Source of the DNA: an uncultured Acidobacteriota bacterium
GTDB taxonomy: Bacteria > Actinomycetota > Acidimicrobiia > Spongiisociales > ZC4RG35
Direction: 5' to 3'
Length of the DNA stretch: 64,000 nucleotides
Assembly: GCA_963828465.1 (NCBI GenBank)
Contig: CAWHEU010000022.1
Coordinates: 352,001-416,000, forward strand
The position numbers and the translations under genes are program-made. Shown here piece after piece: positions 1-9,645 of this stretch (positions are counted from its first letter, which is position 1; the number at the start of each line of letters is the position of its first letter). The notes under the pieces were generated by a model. It was not told where the DNA came from. It ran no database searches and saw nothing but the letters and a program-made list of their open reading frames with translations.

Positions 1-37
1 TCGAATGGGTCGCCCTCGGGGACAGACCTAAGCCCTC

Positions 38-111
38 GCCCCTGTAGCTCAATTGGATAGAGCGGCGGACTTCTAATCCGCAGGTTGGGGGTTCGAGTCC
101 TCCCGGGGGCG
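38..111 (+). tRNA. tRNA-Arg(TCT)
   Basis: Cloverleaf: acceptor GCCCCTG/CGGGGGC, anticodon arm GCGGA-CT-TCT-AA-TCCGC, T-loop GTTCGAG. Confidence 0.95.
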
Positions 112-136
112 CGAAGGTAAGACCCATTCGATACAT

Positions 137-215
137 GGTGGCCGTAGCTCAGCCCGGTTAGAGCACCTGGTTGTGGTCCAGGAAGTCGCGGGTTCGAATC
201 CCGTCGGTCACCCCA
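137..215 (+). tRNA. tRNA-His(GTG)
   Basis: G-1, anticodon arm CCTGG-TT-GTG-GT-CCAGG, GTTCGAAT, encoded CCA. Confidence 0.95.
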
Positions 216-218
216 GGG

Positions 219-244
219 GAAGGGCGCAGGGATGCGCCCTTCTT
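219..244 (+). terminator. Hairpin/intrinsic terminator after tRNA-His
   Basis: GAAGGGCGCA-GGGA-TGCGCCCTTC followed by TT. Confidence 0.6.
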
Positions 245-264
245 CATGACAACCAGGAAGACGA

Positions 265-1698
265 ATGACAACAACAGTCACAGAGACAGGCCCGTTCGAG
301 CGTCTGGTCACCTTTCAACTAACCGACGACCAGATCACCGCCGGCAAGGCTGCGACCGCTCGGAAGCTGTCCCAGGACATGAAGCTGAAGGGCTTCCGGC
401 CGGGCAAAGCGCCGTTGCCCGTGATCGAAGCGGCAGTAGGCCCAGCCCGATTGCGAAGCGAAGTGATAGATGACCTCGTTCCGCCGGCGCTGAGCGAGAT
501 CCTCAACGACGAGGAGTTGCGCCCGGCTGTTACTCCCCAACTCGAAGCACTGAACGACGTCGATGGCGGAGTCGAGGTCGAGGTCAAGGTGACCTTGTGG
601 CCCGAAATCGACCTACCCAAATATCGGGACCGCGAGGTCGAAGTGACGTCACCCGTGGTCACACCCGAAGAGCTCGACACCCAGGTCGAGCGCATGCTCG
701 AGCAGTTCGCCACCGTGGAGGAGGCAAACCGGCCTGCGGCGTCCGGTGATTTCGTCTCCGTAGACGTCAAGGCAACCAAGGATGGCGACTCGGTAGATGG
801 GGCTAACGCCGCAGATCTCCTCTATGAGGTCGGCTCTGGTCTGTTCGTCGAGGGAATCGATGAGCTCCTCGAAGGTGCCGAGCCGGGGACGGTGCTCAAC
901 TTCGAGGCTCCGTTGCCTGTCGGTTTCGGCGACCGTGCCGGGGAGCAGGTCGGTTTCGAGGTGATCGTCAACGAGGTGAAGGAGCGGATCCTCCCCGAGC
1001 TCGATGATGCATGGGTCGACGAGAACACCGAGTTCGAGACAGTCGAGGAGCTGAAGGCAGAGCTGGGGGAGCGGCTCGCCGAGGCAAAGTTGCAGTCTGT
1101 CTCACGTCAATACGCCGAGAGAGCGCTCAGCACTCTCGTCGATCAGGTGGATATCCAGCTGCCGGAGGGATTGGTCCGGTCGGAGATGGACGACCACCTT
1201 CATCGGTTCGTCCATCGTCTAGAGGACAGCGAGCTGACCCTCGACGACTACTTCCAGGCTTCGGGAATCGATCAGGAACAGTTCCTCGACGACCTCCGCC
1301 AACAGGCAGAGATGTCCATACGGAACCAGCTGATTCTCGAAGCTGTAGCCAAGGATGCGGGGATCGATGTCACTCCTGAGGATGTCTCGGCGGTGATCCA
1401 GAACGCGGCGGCTCGTTCCGGCGACCCGGTCGCCTATCTGCAGGCCTTCCGCCAAAGCGGCCGGGAATTGGCGGTGGCCGGTGATATTCTCAGAAACAGG
1501 GCGTTGGACGCCATCCTCTCGGCAGCGAATCCGGTCGACGAAGACGGCAACCCGATCGATTTGAAAATGAATGTGACGGAAGTCGAGGCCGAGATCGTCG
1601 AGGCTGAGATCGTCGAGGCCGAGCCGGTCGGGGACATCCCGCCGGGCGAGGTTCCAATCGGCGAAGTGGTTGCGACAGCGGCGGAGGAAGAAGAATGA
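265..1698 (+). CDS. tig: Trigger factor
   Basis: GFRPGKAP ribosome-binding motif, FKBP-like middle domain, tig-clpP-clpX synteny. Confidence 0.97.
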   Translation: MTTTVTETGPFERLVTFQLTDDQITAGKAATARKLSQDMKLKGFRPGKAPLPVIEAAVGPARLRSEVIDDLVPPALSEILNDEELRPAVTPQLEALNDVDGGVEVEVKVTLWPEIDLPKYRDREVEVTSPVVTPEELDTQVERMLEQFATVEEANRPAASGDFVSVDVKATKDGDSVDGANAADLLYEVGSGLFVEGIDELLEGAEPGTVLNFEAPLPVGFGDRAGEQVGFEVIVNEVKERILPELDDAWVDENTEFETVEELKAELGERLAEAKLQSVSRQYAERALSTLVDQVDIQLPEGLVRSEMDDHLHRFVHRLEDSELTLDDYFQASGIDQEQFLDDLRQQAEMSIRNQLILEAVAKDAGIDVTPEDVSAVIQNAAARSGDPVAYLQAFRQSGRELAVAGDILRNRALDAILSAANPVDEDGNPIDLKMNVTEVEAEIVEAEIVEAEPVGDIPPGEVPIGEVVATAAEEEE

Positions 1699-2318
1699 AC
1701 GACCAGTTCCAGAACTATGTGATCCCCACAGTCTTCGAACAGACGAGTCGGGGCGAGCGCTACTTCGACATCTACAGCCGGCTCCTCAAGGACCGGATCA
1801 TCTTCCTTGGGACGCCGATCGACGACACCATCGCCAATTTGATCATGGCCCAGCTCCTCCACCTCGAGTCAGAGGACCCAGACAAGGACATCTTCCTCTA
1901 CATCAACTCCCCGGGAGGTTCGATCACCTCCTTGTTCGCCATCTACGACACCATGCAGTACATCAAGCCTGAGGTGAACACGGTGTGCATGGGCATGGCC
2001 GCCTCGGCGGCTGCGGTCATCCTCGCCGGTGGGGCGGTGGGCAAGCGCTACGCCCTGCCCCACGCCCGAGTCATGCTTCACCAGCCGCACGGTGGCGCCC
2101 AGGGCCAGGCCTCAGACATCGAAATCCAGGCCCGGCTCATAGTGCAGATGCGAGAGTCGCTGAACCAGATCCTTGCCGAGCACACCGGCCAGGAGCTGGA
2201 GAAGATCGCGACGGACACAGAGCGTGACTACTGGATGCTGGCCGCCGAGGCCAAGGACTACGGGGTCATCGACGGAATTCTCACCCGTCGGGAGCTTGCG
2301 GCGGTAGCCTCCACCTGA
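1695..2318 (+). CDS. clpP: ATP-dependent Clp protease proteolytic subunit
   Basis: [31 protein letters not shown]. Confidence 0.98.
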   Translation: MNDQFQNYVIPTVFEQTSRGERYFDIYSRLLKDRIIFLGTPIDDTIANLIMAQLLHLESEDPDKDIFLYINSPGGSITSLFAIYDTMQYIKPEVNTVCMGMAASAAAVILAGGAVGKRYALPHARVMLHQPHGGAQGQASDIEIQARLIVQMRESLNQILAEHTGQELEKIATDTERDYWMLAAEAKDYGVIDGILTRRELAAVAST

Positions 2319-2334
2319 GGAGGTTCAAAACTCG

Positions 2335-3597
2335 ATGGCACGACTCGGTGACGGCGGTGAGCTGCTCAAGTGCAGCTTCTGCGGCAAGTCTCAGAAGCAA
2401 GTCAAGAAACTGATCGCCGGGCCCGGCGTTTACATCTGCGACGAGTGCATCGATCTCTGCAACGAGATCATCGAAGAAGAGTTCTCCGCCACCGAGGAGA
2501 TCACCTTCACCGAGCTGCCCAAGCCGGTCGAGATCAACTCGTATCTCGACGACTACGTGGTCGGCCAGGAAGACGCCAAGAAGAAGCTCTCCGTCGCCGT
2601 CTACAACCACTACAAGCGGATCCGGGGCGGCGACGTCCAGCGCGATGTCGAGCTGCAGAAATCGAACATCCTCCTCATCGGCCCCACCGGGTCGGGTAAG
2701 ACCCTTCTCGCCCAAACTCTCGCCCGCCAGCTCAATGTCCCCTTCGCCATCGCCGACGCCACGAGCCTCACCGAGGCGGGGTACGTCGGGGAGGACGTGG
2801 AGAACATCCTCCTCAAGTTGCTCCAGGCCGCCGACTACGACGTCAACCGGGCCCAACAGGGGATCATCTACATCGACGAGATCGACAAGGTCTCTCGCAA
2901 GGCCGAGAACCCGTCCATCACCAGGGACGTCTCGGGAGAAGGGGTGCAGCAAGCTCTCCTCAAGATCCTGGAGGGCACGGTGGCTTCGGTCCCGCCTCAG
3001 GGTGGGCGCAAGCACCCCCATCAGGAATTCATCCAGCTCGACACGACCAACATCCTCTTCATCTGTGCGGGAGCTTTCGGCGGCCTCGAGGACATCATCG
3101 CCAACCGAGTGGGACGGCGGGGTGTCGGCTTCGGTGCCGAGGTCCGCGGCAAAGCCGACGGGCGGCCATCCGACTTGCTCAACCAGGTCATGCCTGAGGA
3201 CCTGATGAAGTACGGGCTGATCCCCGAGTTCATCGGGCGTCTACCGGTGATGGCGACCGTGGAGGATCTCGACATGGACGCCCTGATCCGAATCCTGACC
3301 GAGCCGAAGAACGCCCTGATTCGTCAGTACGCCCGCATGTTCGAAATGGACGAAGTCGAGCTCGTCTTCACGCCCGACTCGCTCGATGCCATCGCCGCCC
3401 AGGCCATCAAGCGGGGGACCGGGGCCCGCGGCCTCCGGGCGATTCTCGAGGAAGTCCTTCTCAACACGATGTATGACCTGCCTTCCCGCACGGATGTGGA
3501 GAGAGTCGTCATCGACCGCGACGTGGTCGCAGAGAAGGTCAACCCCACTCTGGTGCCGGCGCGCGTCGAGGACGGTCCAGCCGAAAAATCGGCCTGA
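2335..3597 (+). CDS. clpX: Clp protease ATP-binding subunit ClpX
   Basis: CSFCGK C4 zinc finger, [20 protein letters not shown]. Confidence 0.98.
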   Translation: MARLGDGGELLKCSFCGKSQKQVKKLIAGPGVYICDECIDLCNEIIEEEFSATEEITFTELPKPVEINSYLDDYVVGQEDAKKKLSVAVYNHYKRIRGGDVQRDVELQKSNILLIGPTGSGKTLLAQTLARQLNVPFAIADATSLTEAGYVGEDVENILLKLLQAADYDVNRAQQGIIYIDEIDKVSRKAENPSITRDVSGEGVQQALLKILEGTVASVPPQGGRKHPHQEFIQLDTTNILFICAGAFGGLEDIIANRVGRRGVGFGAEVRGKADGRPSDLLNQVMPEDLMKYGLIPEFIGRLPVMATVEDLDMDALIRILTEPKNALIRQYARMFEMDEVELVFTPDSLDAIAAQAIKRGTGARGLRAILEEVLLNTMYDLPSRTDVERVVIDRDVVAEKVNPTLVPARVEDGPAEKSA

Positions 3598-3710
3598 TCG
3601 CTCGACCGCGACCACGGACTAGCGCACTCGGAGAAGTTCGTGTCAATGACACGGGCAGGTAACCCGCGCCCGTTAGGGTGTCGGCGACCGACCTCGGGCG
3701 GGCGGTCATA

Positions 3711-3795
3711 AGGGGAAAAAGGGAGGCCTTGATCCCGCGACCTGTATGCGGTCACCTGGGTCGTGGGGTAGCCAATGGTGAGACCGGCTCGTCCC
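3711..3795 (+). promoter_or_regulatory. c-di-GMP-II-type riboswitch (possibly the GAG variant)
   Basis: GGAGGC..TGA, stem CCCGCGACC/GGTCGTGGG, loop CGGTCACC pairing with GGTGAGACCG (pseudoknot); matches c-di-GMP-II architecture by eye. Confidence 0.75.
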
Positions 3796-3820
3796 AACGC
3801 GCAATGAAGGGATGGGATTC

Positions 3821-5285
3821 ATGCGGGTTAGCGTGCGACGGGTTCGCTTCGTCGTCGCAATGATGATGGCTCTGATGCTGGTTTCGTCGTTGTCGATCGT
3901 TCTCTCTGGAACGGCCTCAGCGACCACCGGGCAGCAAATAGACGGCGATCACCAAGGCGAGGACTGTACCGAGCTCGATGTCCAGGGCGCTGGAACGGAT
4001 CAAGAGGAATGTGAGCCTCGAGGAGTGTGATGATCTTGCCGTTCAGAGCTTTGGCGGTGGCGATCACGAGGATTGTGAGCCTGCCGAGGAGTGTCCGGAT
4101 CTAGCGGTTCAGAGCTTTGGTGGGGGTGATCACGAGGATTGTGAGCCTGCCGAGGAGTGTCCGGAGCTCACCACGCAGAGTCGTGGCGGTGGCGATGATC
4201 CCAAGGATTGTGAGCCTGCCGAGGAGTGCCCCGACCTAGCGGTTCAGAGCTTTGGTGGGGGCGGTCACGAGGATTGTGAGTCCCCTGAGGAGTGTCCGGA
4301 GCTCACCACGCAGAGTCGTGGCGGTGGCGGTCACGAGGATTGTGAGTCCCCTGAGGAGTGTCCGGAGCTCACCACGCAGAGTCGTGGCGGTGGCGATGAT
4401 CCCAAGGATTGTGAGCTCCCCGAGGAGTGCCCGGAGTTAGCCGTTCAGACTGGTGGGGATCACGGTGATGATGAGGATTGTGATTCCGAGGAGTGTCCGG
4501 AGTTAGCCGTTCAGACTGGTGGGGATCACGGTGATGATGAGGATTGTGATTCTGAGGAGTGTCCGGAGTTAGCCGTTCAGACCGGTGGGGATCACGGTGA
4601 TGATGAGGATTGTGATTCCGAGGAATGTCCGGACCTAGCCGTTCAGACTGGTGGCAGTGATCACGGTGATGACGACGATGATTGTTCAGGCACCACCACT
4701 ACGACTTCGACCACCATGCCCACGGTCGCTCCACCAACCCTCCCCGAAGAGCTCGATCTGGCGGCGGTCGGAGCGGAGTGCTTCAGCGACATCCCGTATC
4801 TGAGCTACACGATCGACTACCCGGCAGGGGAGTCGGCGACTATCACCTTCATCAATCCCGCTGGCGCCGACGTCGTCTACGAGGACGTGCCGCTGAGCGG
4901 AGCCGTGCTGTGGCCGGGGGCGAGCGAAACCCCTCCCGACTGGCCCGGCTGGATTCTCCAGGATGGAGTGTGGGTGGCGGCCGATGACGGGTTCCTCTGG
5001 GCGCGAGGAGAAATCGACGTTCTCTTCGAGGTGAACCCGAGCACGGTGCTCACGGTTTCGTATCCACAGTCAGGGGAAGCATGCGCCGATCCGGAGAACA
5101 TCCCGGACGAAGTCGAAGGAACGGTGGTCACGCCACCCACGACGCCGGACCAGGTCGATGGTGTGGACGTGCTTCCGTTCACCGGTGTCCACGGGGGTGC
5201 GCTGGCAGCGGTTGCTTTTGCCGCTCTGGCTCTGGGTGGCCTGATGCTGCTCAGCGTTAGGAGGGGTGAGGCCGAGGACGGCTGA
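3821..5285 (+). CDS. Secreted Cys/acidic-repeat surface protein with LPFTG anchor (frameshift near 4018 joins ORF 3812..4030 to ORF 3978..5285)
   Basis: Signal peptide MRVSVRRVRF..ASA, 11 EEC..C repeats, Thr linker, WPGA/WPGW domain, LPFTG + TM + RR tail. Confidence 0.8.
3959..4687 (+). repeat. Coding tandem repeat array, ~66-69 nt unit, 11 copies
   Basis: Recurrent GAGGAGTGTCCGGA...GATTGTGA units encoding EECP(D/E)L..Q..GG..DC. Confidence 0.9.
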
Positions 5286-5306
5286 ACCCGACCGTAAGTC
5301 GATGAC

Positions 5307-5338
5307 AAAGCCCCGGGATTAACCTCCCGGGGCTTTTT
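5307..5338 (+). terminator. Intrinsic terminator
   Basis: AAAGCCCCGGGA-TTAACC-TCCCGGGGCTTT followed by TT. Confidence 0.8.
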
Positions 5339-5339
5339 C

Positions 5340-6623
5340 ATGAACTATCCCGACGCCCTTGCCTATCTAGATGGGCACATCACACACGGCATCAAGCCAG
5401 GCTTGGAGCGCATCAATCGGCTGCTCGACGACATGGGCCGGCCCGACGAGGGATACCCGATAATTCATGTGGCGGGGACCAACGGAAAGACATCCACGTC
5501 AAGGTTTGCCACCTTGCTCTTGGTCGCCCACGGCCTGAGCACCGGCACCTATACCTCACCCCACCTCCAGAACGTGGAAGAGCGGCTTGCGATCAACGGT
5601 CGGATGGCGACCGAGGAGGAGTTTGCCGTCGCCGTCTCCGACGTGGCCGCCTTTGCCGAACTGCGGGCCAAGGCCGGCGAAGAGCCCAACACGTACTTCG
5701 AGCTCACCACGGCTGCCGCCTTCGCTTTCTTCGCCGATCAGGCAGTCAACGCCGCAGTGCTCGAAGTGGGCCTGGGCGGGCGTCTCGATGCAACCAACGT
5801 CGTGGACGCCGAGGTATGCGTCCTGACCAGCATCGGCATCGAGCACACCGAATACCTCGGCGAGGACGTGGCCACGATCGCCGGGGAGAAACTCGCAATC
5901 GCCGGGGCGAACGCGACCCTGGTCAGCGGACCGCTGCCAGACCTGGCCCTGGAAGTCGCCGATTCCCGCGCCCGTGATCTCGGCATCCATCACCGTCACT
6001 ACGGGAAGGACTTCTCCGTGCTCGACGCCGAGCGTGGAGTCAGGGGCTGGCTGGTGACAATCGGAGGCGCGGAGGACACATACGAGGACCTGTTCCTTCC
6101 CCTTCACGGAAGGTATCAACTGGTGAACCTGGCGAACGCTGTGGCTGCCACCGAGGCACTGCTGGGACGGAAGCTCGACGAAGAGGCGGTTCGAGATGCG
6201 TTGTCGGTCGCCACGGCGCCGGGTCGGATGGAGATGCTGGGCACCCATCCTCTGGTGATGGTCGATGGAGCCCACAACGCGGACGGCGTCGACGCCCTCG
6301 CCGAATCGCTCGACGAGGAGTACCCGACGACTCGATGGCAACTGGTGCTGGGCGTCATGGGCGACAAGAACGTGGAGGCAATGGTCGAAAGCCTCGAACC
6401 GATGCTGGCCGGGATAATCGCCACGGCGCCCAAGGCGGAGCGGGCGGTCCCACCGTCAGTGCTCGCGGAGAGGATCAGGACCCTGACCGACGTGGCCGTG
6501 ATCGAGGCCGAGGACGCGGAGATCGCCCTCGACATGGCTCGCGCAGAAGCCGGGCCTGAAGGGGCGGTTCTCGTAGCCGGCTCGCTCTACTTGGTGGGCG
6601 AGGCCCGGGCGCTGTTGATCTGA
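5340..6623 (+). CDS. folC: Folylpolyglutamate synthase/dihydrofolate synthase
   Basis: HVAGTNGKTS, TSPHL, LEVGLGGRLDATN, DGAHN, GSLYLVG. Confidence 0.96.
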   Translation: MNYPDALAYLDGHITHGIKPGLERINRLLDDMGRPDEGYPIIHVAGTNGKTSTSRFATLLLVAHGLSTGTYTSPHLQNVEERLAINGRMATEEEFAVAVSDVAAFAELRAKAGEEPNTYFELTTAAAFAFFADQAVNAAVLEVGLGGRLDATNVVDAEVCVLTSIGIEHTEYLGEDVATIAGEKLAIAGANATLVSGPLPDLALEVADSRARDLGIHHRHYGKDFSVLDAERGVRGWLVTIGGAEDTYEDLFLPLHGRYQLVNLANAVAATEALLGRKLDEEAVRDALSVATAPGRMEMLGTHPLVMVDGAHNADGVDALAESLDEEYPTTRWQLVLGVMGDKNVEAMVESLEPMLAGIIATAPKAERAVPPSVLAERIRTLTDVAVIEAEDAEIALDMARAEAGPEGAVLVAGSLYLVGEARALLI

Positions 6624-6656
6624 CTCCTGCCCGACCTGAAGTACGCTCCCGCCGAC

Positions 6657-7061
6657 ATGGCAATGGAAAGCACTTTCATCATGGTCAAGCCCGATGGCGT
6701 CGCACGGGGCCTGGTGGGGGAGGTCATCGCCCGATTCGAGCGAAAGGGCCTGACCCTGGAGAAGATCCGGAAACTCGATATCGACGAAGATCTGGCGCGT
6801 CGTCACTACGAGGAGCACGTTGAGAAGCCCTTCTTCCCCGAGTTGCTCGACTTCATCACCTCCGGACCGGTGGTCGCGATGGAGTGGTCGGGGGAGTCGG
6901 CGATATCGGTGTGCCGGGACCTGATGGGGGCGACGGACCCCAAGATGGCGGCTCCCGGAACCATCAGAGGAGACCTGGGCCTGATCGTCACACATAACCT
7001 CGTCCATGGCTCCGATGGGTCGGAGAGCGCGTCCCGGGAGTTGGAGCTCTTCTTCGGCTGA
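6657..7061 (+). CDS. ndk: Nucleoside diphosphate kinase
   Basis: MVKPDGV, PGTIRGD, NLVHGSD. Confidence 0.98.
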   Translation: MAMESTFIMVKPDGVARGLVGEVIARFERKGLTLEKIRKLDIDEDLARRHYEEHVEKPFFPELLDFITSGPVVAMEWSGESAISVCRDLMGATDPKMAAPGTIRGDLGLIVTHNLVHGSDGSESASRELELFFG

Positions 7062-7161
7062 GATGCACTCGGGAAAGTGCCCTACCTGGTGAAACGCGCT
7101 CTGGCACAAGATCTAGTCGACACCTACACTCCCCGAGTCGTCGCGGGAGTCATCGTCAGCC

Positions 7162-8193
7162 ATGGCTGAAACCCTTTTTTCATTCGCTGGCCAGGACATG
7201 GCCATCGACCTCGGAACCGCCAACACGCTGGTCTACGTGCGGGGCGGTGGCATCGTCCTAAACGAGCCCTCGGTGGTCGCCATCAACTCCCAGAATGGCC
7301 GCGCTCTGGCCGTCGGCATGGAGGCGAAGAGGATGATCGGGCGCACTCCAGCCCACATCACAGCCATCAGACCGCTCCGGGATGGGGTCATTGCCGACTT
7401 CGACGTGACCGAGAAGATGCTCCGCTACTTCATCCAGAAGGTCCACCGCAGGAAGTGGGCCCGCCCCAGGATCGTGGTCTGCGTGCCGTCCGGGATCACG
7501 CCGGTGGAGCGAAGGGCTGTCGAGGAGGCGGCTTATCACGCCGGCGCACGGAGGGCATACACCATCGAAGAGCCAATGGCCGCTGCCATCGGGTCAGGGC
7601 TTCCCATCGCCGAGCCGGCTGGGTCGATGGTCGTGGACATCGGCGGCGGCACGACCGAGGTGGCGGTCATCTCTCTCGGTGGCATCGTCGTCTCCCGCTC
7701 GATCAGGGTCGGCGGCGACGAACTGGACACAGCAATCATCGACTGGGTCAAAAAGGAGTACAACGTCCTCATTGGGGAGCGAACGGCGGAGCAGCTCAAG
7801 CTCGCGGTCGGATCGGCATGGCCATACGCAGATGAGCCGTCTGCCGAGGTGCGCGGGCGTGACTTGGTCACCGGTCTGCCCAAGACGATCCTTCTCTCCA
7901 GCCCCGAGATCAGGGAGGCCATCGAGGAGCCGACTCAAGCGGTCGTCGATGCCGTGAAATTCACACTCGACAAGACGCCGCCAGAGCTGGCGGCCGACAT
8001 CGTCGAGCGTGGGATCGTGCTCACCGGGGGAGGAGCGCTGCTGGTTGGGCTGGACCATCGTCTGGCCCATGAGACGGGGATGCCCATCGTCACCGCGGCC
8101 AATCCGCTGCAGTCGGTGGTGCTCGGCTCGGGGAAGTGTCTGGAGGAGTTCGACACATTGCAAGAGGTGCTCGTGTCGTCCTCCCGGCCATGA
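7162..8193 (+). CDS. mreB: Rod shape-determining protein MreB
   Basis: [26 protein letters not shown]. Confidence 0.98.
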   Translation: MAETLFSFAGQDMAIDLGTANTLVYVRGGGIVLNEPSVVAINSQNGRALAVGMEAKRMIGRTPAHITAIRPLRDGVIADFDVTEKMLRYFIQKVHRRKWARPRIVVCVPSGITPVERRAVEEAAYHAGARRAYTIEEPMAAAIGSGLPIAEPAGSMVVDIGGGTTEVAVISLGGIVVSRSIRVGGDELDTAIIDWVKKEYNVLIGERTAEQLKLAVGSAWPYADEPSAEVRGRDLVTGLPKTILLSSPEIREAIEEPTQAVVDAVKFTLDKTPPELAADIVERGIVLTGGGALLVGLDHRLAHETGMPIVTAANPLQSVVLGSGKCLEEFDTLQEVLVSSSRP

Positions 8194-8215
8194 CTTCCTC
8201 GACCCGTCTTGACTC

Positions 8216-9142
8216 ATGCTGACTTCGAAGCCATCCGACCGAGCCCTACCCACCTTCATCAGCCTCCTGGTGATCGGTGTGCTCCTCATGACTTTCGACG
8301 TCCGGTTGGAGGGTGGGGGAGTGGTGGGCGTTTTGCGGAGCGGGACACAGGCCATCGTGTCGCCGATGCAGCGCATCGCCGCTTTCGCGGTCACACCCAT
8401 CGCCAATGCCCTCGACAGCCTTTCCAATGTCGCTTCGCTCAGAGAGCAGAACGCCGCCCTTTCGGCCCAGCTGGCCGAATCGCAGGCCTCGCTCGTCGCC
8501 GTCCAGGACGACCTTGCGAAGCTCGATCTACTCGAACAGATCTACGACCTGGAAACCGATGGAGCGGAGTTGGGTCAGACCGTTGCCAACGTCATTGGGT
8601 CGGTTGACGCGGCCCTCATCATCGACAAGGGCATCAGCGACGGCGTGCTGATCGGCCAACCGGTGATAGACACCAATGGATACGTGATTGGAACCGTCAA
8701 GAGCGCGAGTTCCGGGAGCGCGACAGTCCTCCCCATCACGGCGAGCCGAGATGGTCTGACCGTGCTTGTCGGCTCGCAGACCGGGACGCTGGTCACGAGG
8801 CCTTTCTCGTCGGATCTGGGGCTGGAGATGGATCTCGACGTCTTCGATGCCCGTGAGCCAGTGCTGGCAGGTGATCGGGTCCTCACGTCGGCGGCGAGCA
8901 CCGACTACCCGGCAGGTCTCCCCGTCGGTGAGGTGATCGAAGATGCCTCGCCCGAGTCCACCTCGCTCACGACGAGTGTGCGGCCGTTCGTGGATCCCGA
9001 GGCCCTTCGATTCGTCGTCGTACTGGCATGGCCCCCTGATCCCGTGTCGGCTGCCACCGACGACACCATTCCCGAGACCACCGAAACGACCATCGCCGAA
9101 GACGCGACCACCACCACTACCACCCCCGAGGACGATGGTTGA
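8216..9142 (+). CDS. mreC: Rod shape-determining protein MreC
   Basis: N-terminal TM, coiled coil, IDKG..G, YPAGLPVG; follows mreB. Confidence 0.92.
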   Translation: MLTSKPSDRALPTFISLLVIGVLLMTFDVRLEGGGVVGVLRSGTQAIVSPMQRIAAFAVTPIANALDSLSNVASLREQNAALSAQLAESQASLVAVQDDLAKLDLLEQIYDLETDGAELGQTVANVIGSVDAALIIDKGISDGVLIGQPVIDTNGYVIGTVKSASSGSATVLPITASRDGLTVLVGSQTGTLVTRPFSSDLGLEMDLDVFDAREPVLAGDRVLTSAASTDYPAGLPVGEVIEDASPESTSLTTSVRPFVDPEALRFVVVLAWPPDPVSAATDDTIPETTETTIAEDATTTTTTPEDDG

Positions 9143-9645
9143 TGAGAGGCCGCACCGCGCTGGTAATCGGCCTAACGGTCGTGATCGCCGTCGTGATCCA
9201 GACCACTCTGTTCGGGAGGTTGAGGGTCGTTACTCCCGACCTGGTGATGTTGATCGGGATCCTGCTCGCCTTGACGAGGGTGCGGACGGAGGCCGTTCTT
9301 GGGGTCGCATTCCTGTCCGGACTCATCATGGATCTGCTGGGAGCATCGCTCATCGGTCTTCGAGCGGTCGTGTACACCACCGTGGCCTTCATCGCTATCC
9401 GGACGAAGGAACGAGCAGAGCTGGGGCGGGTGACGATCGCCTTGTGGGCCGGGTTGCTCACCCTGATCGGAGTCGTCCTCATCCTCCTCATTGGGACACT
9501 GTTCGGGCAGGCGGCCCTGCTCGGAGAGGGTGCGGTTAGCGTCATGATCCTCGTCCCACTCGCCAATGTGGCCGTTGCCGCCCTTCTGGCACCAACCTTC
9601 GTACGATTGGTCGACCGCGACCGGACCGTCCTTCGATACCCATGA
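9139..9645 (+). CDS. mreD: Rod shape-determining protein MreD
   Basis: Hydrophobic, PDL and GLIMD motifs, operon position. Confidence 0.9.
   Translation: MMRGRTALVIGLTVVIAVVIQTTLFGRLRVVTPDLVMLIGILLALTRVRTEAVLGVAFLSGLIMDLLGASLIGLRAVVYTTVAFIAIRTKERAELGRVTIALWAGLLTLIGVVLILLIGTLFGQAALLGEGAVSVMILVPLANVAVAALLAPTFVRLVDRDRTVLRYP

Noticed and set aside
3620-3646. CIRCE-like element (GCACTC-N9-...)
   Set aside because: Right half CGTGTCAA does not match GAGTGCTAA; similar half-sites at ~7065 and ~50409 also fail
4020-4687. CRISPR array or multi-core RiPP precursor
   Set aside because: Units are in-frame coding repeats without unique spacers; no cas or modification genes nearby; the protein has a wall anchor
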